Shown here one piece after another: positions 18,517 to 27,092 of a stretch of DNA of 61,606 bases. Positions within the stretch are counted from its first letter, which is position 1, and the number at the start of each line of letters is the position of its first letter. The stretch comes from a virus. Its lineage: Duplodnaviria; Caudoviricetes. Made by a program: the position numbers and the translations under genes. Under the pieces are notes generated by a model. The model saw only the letters and a list, made by a program, of their open reading frames with translations. It made no database searches and was not told where the DNA came from. The DNA lies in the IMG/VR virus record IMGVR_UViG_3300030372_004181, positions 1-61,606 of that record; one strand, 5' to 3'.

Positions 18517-18796
18517 ACTCAGTGGATACGCAGCACTTATTGGTGTTATAGGTGCCATTGGTGGAGGTTTTATGGCATGGGGTGAATTTAATAACCGCAT
18601 TGCACAGTTAGAAAATAAAGAATTTATTGTTAATGAAACTGTTGATTTATCAAATATTAATCAAAAAATAGAAGATCTTATTAAAGCAATAGAAGCTGTT
18701 AAAGCTGATGTAAAAATAAATGAAGCGGCGATAAATTTTCTTGATGCAAAAATAAACGAAATAAAAGTAGAACAATCTAATCCACTTGGAGGTTAA
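18497..18796 (+). CDS. Membrane-anchored coiled-coil protein
   Basis: AAGGAG RBS; Gly-rich TM helix, heptads, C-terminal NPL. Confidence 0.75.
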   Translation: MQELFSKLSGYAALIGVIGAIGGGFMAWGEFNNRIAQLENKEFIVNETVDLSNINQKIEDLIKAIEAVKADVKINEAAINFLDAKINEIKVEQSNPLGG

Positions 18797-19120
18797 ATGG
18801 CGTACGCAAGAGGTAAATACGCAAAAGCGATCTCTGATCGAAGTGGGGTTGCATTTCCCTATAAAGAAATGGTAAAAGAATGGAATGGCTCTTTAGTTCA
18901 CAGAACTGAGTATGAAGAAAAACATCCTCAACTAGAGCCTAAACGAGTTCGTTCTGATAAGATATCATTATTAGACGCTCGCCCTCAAGAACAACATGTA
19001 GTGTTTGTGTCTATTGGACGTGGAGCAGAAACTGTTTTTTCTTCCGATACGATGCAGCCCGCAACTGTTGCACAAGACATAACAGCTTTATTTAAGATTG
19101 GAACAGTAACAGTGTCATGA
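18797..19120 (+). CDS. Tail-region hypothetical protein
   Basis: GGAGG RBS; AISDRSG...KEWNG...EEKHPQL motif. Confidence 0.8.
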   Translation: MAYARGKYAKAISDRSGVAFPYKEMVKEWNGSLVHRTEYEEKHPQLEPKRVRSDKISLLDARPQEQHVVFVSIGRGAETVFSSDTMQPATVAQDITALFKIGTVTVS

Positions 19121-19731
19121 CCACATTTACAATATTAAAACAAGATTTAATTGATTTAACAGAGGATAATAGTTCAGCATTTGCAACCGAAAGTTTACAA
19201 TTTATAGCAACAGCAGAATTAAGATTATCTAGAGAACTTGATAATTGTCCTGGACTACAGAAACACGTTACTTCTGCATTAACAGCTAGTGATCCTTTTA
19301 TAACCAAACCATCAGATTATGTTTCTTCTATATCTTTTCAAGTGTTGTCTTCAGCAGCAGCAAGAACACCTCTTGAATATAGAGATGTTAGTTACATTAA
19401 TGAGTATTGGCCAACTAGAACAAGCACCGGCACTCCAAAATATTATGCAGATTGGGACGATAACTTTTTTATAGTCGCACCAACTCCAAGCGCTGGTTTA
19501 AATTTAGAAATTAATTACAGAAGAAGATTTGATGCTCTTGATAGTGATACAGCTACAAATTGGTTAACAGAACATGCTTATGATGCATTACTTTACGGTT
19601 CTCTTATCGAAGCAGCTGTTTATAATAAAAACCCACAACAGCAACAAGTGTATCAGCAACGTTACGTTGACGCTGTACAATCAGTGAATAAAGAACTTGC
19701 ATTAAAACGTGGTGATAACTTTACTAGGTAG
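19117..19731 (+). CDS. Putative adaptor / tail tubular protein
   Basis: FIATAELRL...GTPKYYA.W...APTP...NWL...DALLYGSL pattern. Confidence 0.7.
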   Translation: MTTFTILKQDLIDLTEDNSSAFATESLQFIATAELRLSRELDNCPGLQKHVTSALTASDPFITKPSDYVSSISFQVLSSAAARTPLEYRDVSYINEYWPTRTSTGTPKYYADWDDNFFIVAPTPSAGLNLEINYRRRFDALDSDTATNWLTEHAYDALLYGSLIEAAVYNKNPQQQQVYQQRYVDAVQSVNKELALKRGDNFTR

Positions 19732-19733
19732 TT

Positions 19734-22685
19734 ATGGTTTTAAAAATAGAAGATAGAGTCAGAGAGACCACAACCACAACGGGAACCGGAACATATAGTT
19801 TAGGCGGAGCAGTCAATGGTTTTCAATCTTTTGTTACAGCAATTGGTGATGGTAACACTACTTACTATGCAGTTGTTAATCGTAATGCTGATGAATGGGA
19901 ACTTGGTATTGGTACAGTAGCTGACGCAACACCTGATACCTTAGCTCGTACTACAGTTATCTCAAGTTCTAACAGTGATAGTGCTGTTAGTTTTAGTGCG
20001 GGAACAAAAGATGTTTTTGTAACTTTACCTTCTAGTAAATCAACTTTTATAAATGGTAGTAATAGTCTTGTCATTGGTAATGGAGCAGCTGGTGTTGACT
20101 ACAGTCTTACGTTTGACGGCGAAAGTAATGACGGAGTTATAACTTGGAAAGAAGACGAAGACTACTTCTTGTTCTCTGACGATATATTAATGAACAGCAC
20201 CGAAAAAATTCAATTTGGTGACACTGCATCTTTTATACAACAATCATCTGATGGTACTTTACGTATAGATGGTGAAGCAATTATTGATTTAAACGCAAGT
20301 ACAAGAGTTGATGTATCTGGAGATATAAAAGTTGGTGGTGAAGTACAAACAGCCAATATTGGATTTACAGATGGTGATAATGCCCTCGTTATTGTAGATG
20401 GTGGTGGAGTTACTCTTAGCACAAGTTTAACCTTAGCAAGTGGTTCAACCGTTACATCTATAAAAGATGAGGATGATATGGCAAGTGACTCAGCAACAGC
20501 ACTAGCTACTCAACAATCAATTAAAGCTTTTGTTGCAGCATCAATAACAGCTGAAGATTTAGATATAACAACTGACAGTGGTACGATTGCAATTGACCTT
20601 GACAGTGAAACGTTAACCGTTGCCGGTGGTACAGGATTAGCCTCAAGTGCTTCTTCTAATACAGTTACACTAGCAGTCGATGCAGCACAAACAGGAATTA
20701 CTTCTGTCGTTAATACAAGTTTAGAAATAGGTAGAGACGCAGACAACAGAATTAAATTTGGAACAGACAATCAAATTATCTTTGAAGTGTCTGGTGGCGA
20801 CAATGTCATATTTAAAGCAAGTGGTGAAATCGAAGCGTCTAGCTTAGATATATCGGGAGATGTGGATGTTGATGGCACGTTAGAAACAGATGCACTTTCA
20901 ATTAATGGAACTGCGGTAACATCAACAGCAGCTGAACTTAACATTTTAGATGGTGTAACATCAACAGCAGCTGAATTAAATATACTAGACGGCGTCACTT
21001 CTACAGCAGCTGAATTAAATATTTTAGATGGTGTAACTGCAACAGCAACAGAACTTAATTATAGTGATACAGGAGCATCTGTAGGTACGGTAGTTGCAAG
21101 CAAAGTTGTAACAGCAGATGCTAATAAAGATGTAGCATCTTTTAGAAATATTACATTAACAGGTGAACTTGATGCAGGTTCTCTTGATGTAAGTGGTGAT
21201 GCAGATATTGATGGTACATTAGAGGCTGATGCAATAACGGTTAATGGCACTGCTTTATCTAGTGTAATAGCCGGGACAACAGTTACACTAGCATCTACAG
21301 TAACAGTTACAGACAGCACAGCTAATACGAACTTTCCTGTTGTGTTTCATAATGAATCAAATGGTTTATTAGATGACACCGGTGCACTAAGATATAATCC
21401 AAGTACAGGAGAATTACTCGTACCTAAACTAACTGTAGCAGGTACAACTACGACTGTAGATACAGTTACAATGCAGGCTGAAAATGCAATAATATTTGAA
21501 GGAGCTACTGCTGATGCAAATGAAACTACGCTTACAATTATAGATCCCACTGGAGATAGAACAATTAATCTACCAAACGTTTCAGGTACATTACCTGTAT
21601 TAGCAGCTGCAAGCACAACACAGATTACATCTACACCTGAAGAATTAAACACACTAGATGGTATTACCGCAGTGGTTGGTGAACTTAATGCTCTAGATTT
21701 AGGTAGCACAGCAGTTGGAACAGCGATTGCTTCCAAGGCAGTTATTTTGGATTCTAATAAAGATTATACCGGTATTAGAAACTTAACTATTACTGGTGAA
21801 TTAGATGGAGCAACACTAGATATATCTGGTGATGCAGACATTGATGGAACATTAGAAGCTGATGCTATTACAATTGGTGGCACAGCTATAAATACAGTCA
21901 TAGCTGGTGTTACTGTAACAAATGCTACCAATGCAGCGCACGTATCTGTAGCTGATAATGAAAGCACAAATGAAAATAATTTAATACCGTTTATTGAGGA
22001 TGAGTCTGCTACCGGTAATGTTGGTTTAGAATCGGACGGAGACTTTACATACAACCCAAGCACGGGCAGACTTACAGCGACGCAACTAGCCGGTACACTA
22101 CAAACAGCAGCTCAAGCAAATGTCACATCTTTAGGTACACTGACCACGTTGACCGTAGACAATGTCATAATAAATGGATCAACTATAGGACACACTGGCG
22201 ATACAGACTTAATGACAGTTGCAAGTGGAGTCTTGACTGTAGCTGGAGAAGTGTCCATGACAACTTTAGATATAGGTGGCACTAACGTTACATCTACGGC
22301 GGCTGAGTTAAATATTTTAGATGGCGTTACGTCCACTGCCGCAGAATTAAACATATTGGATGGCGTGACTTCTACTGCAGCAGAACTAAATGTACTCGAT
22401 GGTATCACCGCAGTAGTAGGTGAGCTTAACGCATTAGATCTAGGCAGCACAGCAGTTGGTACAGCTATTGCTTCTAAAGCAGTTATTTTAGACTCAAACA
22501 AAGATTATACAGGTATTAGAAATTTAACTATTACAGGTGAACTAGACGGAGCTACATTAGACATATCCGGTGACGCAGATATAGATGGCACATTGGAGGC
22601 AGATGCCATCACAATAGGCGGCACATCAACAGATACACTATATGCATCTCCGGGGTTCGCAGTTGCGATGGCAATCGCTCTGTGA
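19734..22685 (+). CDS. Long tail fibre protein
   Basis: N-terminal DRVRETTTTTGTG, TSTAAELNILDGV repeats, duplicated 77-aa block, C-terminal AVAMAIAL. Confidence 0.85.
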   Translation: MVLKIEDRVRETTTTTGTGTYSLGGAVNGFQSFVTAIGDGNTTYYAVVNRNADEWELGIGTVADATPDTLARTTVISSSNSDSAVSFSAGTKDVFVTLPSSKSTFINGSNSLVIGNGAAGVDYSLTFDGESNDGVITWKEDEDYFLFSDDILMNSTEKIQFGDTASFIQQSSDGTLRIDGEAIIDLNASTRVDVSGDIKVGGEVQTANIGFTDGDNALVIVDGGGVTLSTSLTLASGSTVTSIKDEDDMASDSATALATQQSIKAFVAASITAEDLDITTDSGTIAIDLDSETLTVAGGTGLASSASSNTVTLAVDAAQTGITSVVNTSLEIGRDADNRIKFGTDNQIIFEVSGGDNVIFKASGEIEASSLDISGDVDVDGTLETDALSINGTAVTSTAAELNILDGVTSTAAELNILDGVTSTAAELNILDGVTATATELNYSDTGASVGTVVASKVVTADANKDVASFRNITLTGELDAGSLDVSGDADIDGTLEADAITVNGTALSSVIAGTTVTLASTVTVTDSTANTNFPVVFHNESNGLLDDTGALRYNPSTGELLVPKLTVAGTTTTVDTVTMQAENAIIFEGATADANETTLTIIDPTGDRTINLPNVSGTLPVLAAASTTQITSTPEELNTLDGITAVVGELNALDLGSTAVGTAIASKAVILDSNKDYTGIRNLTITGELDGATLDISGDADIDGTLEADAITIGGTAINTVIAGVTVTNATNAAHVSVADNESTNENNLIPFIEDESATGNVGLESDGDFTYNPSTGRLTATQLAGTLQTAAQANVTSLGTLTTLTVDNVIINGSTIGHTGDTDLMTVASGVLTVAGEVSMTTLDIGGTNVTSTAAELNILDGVTSTAAELNILDGVTSTAAELNVLDGITAVVGELNALDLGSTAVGTAIASKAVILDSNKDYTGIRNLTITGELDGATLDISGDADIDGTLEADAITIGGTSTDTLYASPGFAVAMAIAL

Positions 22686-22707
22686 TATAAAGAAATAGGA
22701 GAAAAAT

Positions 22708-23040
22708 ATGGCACAAGATTTTGAATCAAATGGTAAAAGAATAACAAATTCAGCTACCACTATCTTTACAGCAGACAGCGATGATGCGGTTGTAGGTCTT
22801 CGTTTTGCTAATATTCTAACCACAACAGACACACTAGATGTATTTATTACAGATGCTGGTGACAGTAACAATACTAGATATTTAATTAAAGGTGTTAGTG
22901 TTCCTGTTGCTTCATCTCTTGAAGTTATACAAGGTGGTGCAAAAATTGTTATGCAAAATGGTGATGTGTTAAAAGCGCAAAGCGGAACAGCTAACGGTTT
23001 TGATTGTTGGGTTAGTAGAGTAGATTCGATTAGTACATAA
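22708..23040 (+). CDS. Tail-fibre-associated small protein
   Basis: AGGAG RBS; beta-rich; follows the AMAIAL-ending fibre. Confidence 0.75.
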   Translation: MAQDFESNGKRITNSATTIFTADSDDAVVGLRFANILTTTDTLDVFITDAGDSNNTRYLIKGVSVPVASSLEVIQGGAKIVMQNGDVLKAQSGTANGFDCWVSRVDSIST

Positions 23041-23049
23041 GGAGTAACT

Positions 23050-23232
23050 ATGGCATACAAAGAAGAAATAGGTGGTCCGTTATTTGTTGGATCAGGTGGA
23101 ATGGCATCAGAGGTTATACCTGAACACGATGCTACTGTTGATGTTAATCAAGTTGTAGGTCATGCAGTTCTTGCAGGACCAATTACATTTAACGCCATCG
23201 TAACCATAACAGGTGTCGTGGTGGTGATGTAA
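23050..23232 (+). CDS. Tail-fibre-associated small protein
   Basis: AAGGAG RBS; AGPIT motif. Confidence 0.7.
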   Translation: MAYKEEIGGPLFVGSGGMASEVIPEHDATVDVNQVVGHAVLAGPITFNAIVTITGVVVVM

Positions 23233-25208
23233 TGCCTTTAGAGTTTGACGGCGTTAACGGTATAATTAAGAACAGCACTAGCGATGGTGATGTAACTATT
23301 AAAGGTAATGATGGTGGTAGTGAGATATCATTATTAGCTTTTGATGTATCTGCCGAAGGCACCGCGGTTTTTAATTCTACTGTTACAGTTGGCTCAAGCT
23401 TATTAATTAATGGAACAACTCCCACACTTACAATCGGTGATGCTGGAGCGGAAGACACTAAGATTGTATTTGACGGCAACGCACAAGATTTTTATATAGC
23501 TCTAGACGATTCTGCTGATGATTTAATAATTGGTAGAGGTTCAACAGTAGGCACAAGTGCTGACATACAATTAAACGCTGACGGTGATATAGGTATTGCA
23601 ACAGCTCCTAACAATGTAGACTCAGGCAGAACACTACACATTAAAGGCCATAACTCTGATGGTGCTAACATAAGATTACAAAGCACCGGTGACACTGCTG
23701 ATACTGATGACATGGTTATTCAAAAAAATGACACTGTAGGTTTTATAAAATTATTTGGTGGTGACACTTTTAAAGTATTTACATCTGGCGCAGAACGATT
23801 AGCTATTGATGCTGATGGAGTGGTGGCAATTACAACTTCTGGTAACGGCGATAACCTTCAATTAATATCAACAGATGCTGATGCTAATATTGGACCTAAC
23901 TTAAGACTATATAGAAATTCTGGTTCACCTGCAGATAGTGACAGTTTAGGTATGATTGATTTTGAAGGTCGTAACGATAACTCACAAGACGTAATATACG
24001 GACAAATAGAAACTTTAACTACAGATGTTAGCGATGGAGCTGAAGATGGTTATATGAATCTTTCTGTAATGCTTGCTGGAACACTACGCAGTAGAATAGA
24101 AATGGATTCAGGTGAAACTGTTATTAACGAAGCATCTCAAGACCTAGACTTCCGAGTAGAATCTAATGGTAATGCCAATATGTTATTTGTTGATGGTGGG
24201 AACAATAGGGTTGGAGTTGGTTGTGACCCAAGTGCAGATTTTCATGTTGACTCATCTGGTGGTGGTGTAATTAGAATAAGTAGAAACGGTACTAGTACAT
24301 CAAATTTCATGGCATTAGAATCAGATGGAACTAATGGAACTGTTAAAGCAATTCAATCATTAATAATTTCTACTGGTGGTAGTGAATCTATGAGAATAGA
24401 TAGTTCTGGTAATATATTTGTAGCAAAAACATCAGCCGCTACAAGCACAGTTGGTCACGAACTACAAGCAAATGGAAAAGCAGTATTTACTCGTGCTAGT
24501 GGAACAGTTGTAATTGTGCAAAGAAATACAGATGATGGGGAGTTAATTAAATTTCAACAAGATGGTTCACTTGAAGGTAATATTTCAGTAAGTGGTTCAA
24601 CTGTTTCTTATAACGGTTTTACTGGTTCTCACTGGTCAAGACTTGCTGATAATTCTAAACCAACAATACTTCGTGGAACTATAATGGATTCAATAGATGA
24701 GATGTGTGACTGGTATCAAGCTGTTGCAGAAGTAGCAGAAAGCACAGATGATGAAGGCAACGTAACACCAGCACACACAGTAAAAGAATCAATAGCTTTA
24801 GGTGATAAATCTGTTGGTGATGCAATTACATTTACATCTAATGGAACTGAGTACACAGGCACTATTGTTAAAGAAGGTGATGTAAAGCATACTAAATGTA
24901 AAGTCTCTGACACAGCAGATAGTAAAAAGGTCTATGGCGTATTCTCAAATTGGGATGATCAAGATGACGGACTTGATGGTGATGTTAATGATATGAATAT
25001 CGCACAAGTTGGAACATATATTATTAGAGTTAATAAAGATGTAACTGTTTCTGCTGGTGATCTTCTTGTATCTAATGGTGATGGCACAGCTAAGAAACAA
25101 GATGATGATATTATAAGAAGCAAAACAGTTGCCAAAGTAAATTCAAATATTAAAGTAGAAACGTACAGTGACGGTAGTTATACCGTGCCTTGTACGTTGC
25201 ATTGTTAA
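23232..25208 (+). CDS. Tail fibre with putative C-terminal chaperone/autocleavage domain
   Basis: DFRVESNGNANMLFVDGG and MRIDSSGN fibre repeats; C-terminal YNGFTGSHW...VPCTLHC domain shared with the next gene. Confidence 0.8.
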   Translation: MPLEFDGVNGIIKNSTSDGDVTIKGNDGGSEISLLAFDVSAEGTAVFNSTVTVGSSLLINGTTPTLTIGDAGAEDTKIVFDGNAQDFYIALDDSADDLIIGRGSTVGTSADIQLNADGDIGIATAPNNVDSGRTLHIKGHNSDGANIRLQSTGDTADTDDMVIQKNDTVGFIKLFGGDTFKVFTSGAERLAIDADGVVAITTSGNGDNLQLISTDADANIGPNLRLYRNSGSPADSDSLGMIDFEGRNDNSQDVIYGQIETLTTDVSDGAEDGYMNLSVMLAGTLRSRIEMDSGETVINEASQDLDFRVESNGNANMLFVDGGNNRVGVGCDPSADFHVDSSGGGVIRISRNGTSTSNFMALESDGTNGTVKAIQSLIISTGGSESMRIDSSGNIFVAKTSAATSTVGHELQANGKAVFTRASGTVVIVQRNTDDGELIKFQQDGSLEGNISVSGSTVSYNGFTGSHWSRLADNSKPTILRGTIMDSIDEMCDWYQAVAEVAESTDDEGNVTPAHTVKESIALGDKSVGDAITFTSNGTEYTGTIVKEGDVKHTKCKVSDTADSKKVYGVFSNWDDQDDGLDGDVNDMNIAQVGTYIIRVNKDVTVSAGDLLVSNGDGTAKKQDDDIIRSKTVAKVNSNIKVETYSDGSYTVPCTLHC

Positions 25209-25217
25209 GGACAAATT

Positions 25218-27083
25218 ATGACAAGTGAAATAAAAGTAGACACGATCAGCGAACAGACATCCGCGAACGGTGTAACCATTGATGGTCTAACCATCAAAGA
25301 CGGTAACATTATCGGGGACGTTGCATTAGCTGGTACTACACCTACATTTACAATAGGCGATGGTGGTGCTGAAGATGCGGCTCTTATCTTTGATGGTAAC
25401 GCAGTTGACTTTGTTGTAGGACTTGATGACTCAGCAGATGAATTTAGGATTGGTGTTGGAAGCGGTTTAGGTTCTGATAGAGTATTTGAAATTAATTCAT
25501 CAGGAGATACAACTTTTCAGAAACCTGTTTTTTTTGCTGGAAGTTCACCATCAGTAACAATCGGTGATGGCGGAGCAGAGGACACAAAGCTAGTCTTCGA
25601 TGGCAACGCACAAGATTTTTATATAGCTTTAGACGATTCTGCTGATGATTTAGTAATTGGAACAGGCTCTACTGTAGGTAGTAATGTTAAAATGGTTATT
25701 GAAAACGGAGGTAATGTTGGAATCGGAACTGCATCGCCTTCACAAACGTTGTCTGTTGCAGGGAATATGGATATTTCTGCAACTTCAAGACTATATCTTG
25801 ATGGTGGTGGAGATACTTTTATTGAAGAAGTTTCAGGAAATACAATAGCTATTACTACCAACAACACTGAAAGAATGCGTTTTTTTAGTGGTGGTAATGT
25901 TTCAATAGGTACAACAACTGATCCAGCAAAATTAGCAGTTAGAACTTCCGATAGTACAGCAGGCCCAAATTCTGACGCAGATGAATTATTTTTAGAGTCA
26001 AATGGAAATGCTGGAATGACTATAGGTTCTAGTACATCAACTTCAGGTAACATACATTTTGCTGATAATGGTGCAGCTAATAGAGGAATTTTAACTTACG
26101 ACCATGGTGCAGACGAAATGAAGTTTGGTACTGATGGTTCTATAAAGGGAAGGTTTGATAGTTCTGGTCACTTCTTGGTAGGTAAATCATCACAAGGCTC
26201 AGGCACTGCAGGTGGAGAAATTCTTTCAAGTGGTCTTGTTATAGGTACAAGGTCGGCAAATGTTGCTGCGCTTTTTAATAGACTTGCAGATGATGGTACT
26301 ATTGTATCGCTAAGACAAGCAAGTACAGAAGAAGGAACAATCTCAGTATCAGGTTCAACAGTTTCTTATAACGGTTTTACTGGCTCTCACTGGTCAAGAC
26401 TTGCTGACAACTCCAAGCCAACAATTTTACGTGGAACTATAATGGAATCAATAGATGAAATGTGTGATTGGTATCAAGCTGTTGCAGAAGTACCTGCAAT
26501 TTTATGGACTGCTGAAGATAAAGAAACTCAAGATACTCTTTGGACAGAAGATAACACTTTACCCGATGATGTTGAAGTTGGTGATGTAAGATGGGCAGCA
26601 ACTCAAACTGTTGGTGATGTTAAAGAAGCAGCATATACAATAAAAGAATCAATAGCGTTAGGCAGTAAAGCTGTGGGTGATGCAATCACTTTTACATCTA
26701 ATGGAATTGAATATACAGGAACTATTATAAAGGAAGATGACATTAAGCACACTAAATGTAAAGTATCTGATACAGCGAATAGTAAGAAAGTTTATGGTAT
26801 ATTCTCAAACTGGGATGATGCTGATGATGGGCTTGATGGTGATGTCAATGATATGAACATTGCACAAGTTGGTACATTTATTGTAAGAGTTAGCAAAGAT
26901 GTAACTGTAGAAGCTGGTGATTTACTTGTTTCTAATGGTGACGGCACAGCAAAAGTATTAGAAGGAAGCACATCAATAACAGCGGATGTTCAAAGTTCTA
27001 TAGTTGCCAAGGTAAATTCAAATATTAAAGTAGAAACGTACAGTGATGGTAGTTATACTGTTCCATGCACGTTGCATTGTTAA
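25218..27083 (+). CDS. Tail fibre (paralogue of 23232..25208)
   Basis: GNVGIGT repeats; near-identical C-terminal domain. Confidence 0.8.
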   Translation: MTSEIKVDTISEQTSANGVTIDGLTIKDGNIIGDVALAGTTPTFTIGDGGAEDAALIFDGNAVDFVVGLDDSADEFRIGVGSGLGSDRVFEINSSGDTTFQKPVFFAGSSPSVTIGDGGAEDTKLVFDGNAQDFYIALDDSADDLVIGTGSTVGSNVKMVIENGGNVGIGTASPSQTLSVAGNMDISATSRLYLDGGGDTFIEEVSGNTIAITTNNTERMRFFSGGNVSIGTTTDPAKLAVRTSDSTAGPNSDADELFLESNGNAGMTIGSSTSTSGNIHFADNGAANRGILTYDHGADEMKFGTDGSIKGRFDSSGHFLVGKSSQGSGTAGGEILSSGLVIGTRSANVAALFNRLADDGTIVSLRQASTEEGTISVSGSTVSYNGFTGSHWSRLADNSKPTILRGTIMESIDEMCDWYQAVAEVPAILWTAEDKETQDTLWTEDNTLPDDVEVGDVRWAATQTVGDVKEAAYTIKESIALGSKAVGDAITFTSNGIEYTGTIIKEDDIKHTKCKVSDTANSKKVYGIFSNWDDADDGLDGDVNDMNIAQVGTFIVRVSKDVTVEAGDLLVSNGDGTAKVLEGSTSITADVQSSIVAKVNSNIKVETYSDGSYTVPCTLHC

Positions 27084-27092
27084 GGATAAACT

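Noticed and set aside
23232-27083. Diversity-generating retroelement or invertible fibre switch
   Set aside because: No reverse transcriptase or invertase; both copies are intact co-oriented genes and their differences are not adenine-specific.
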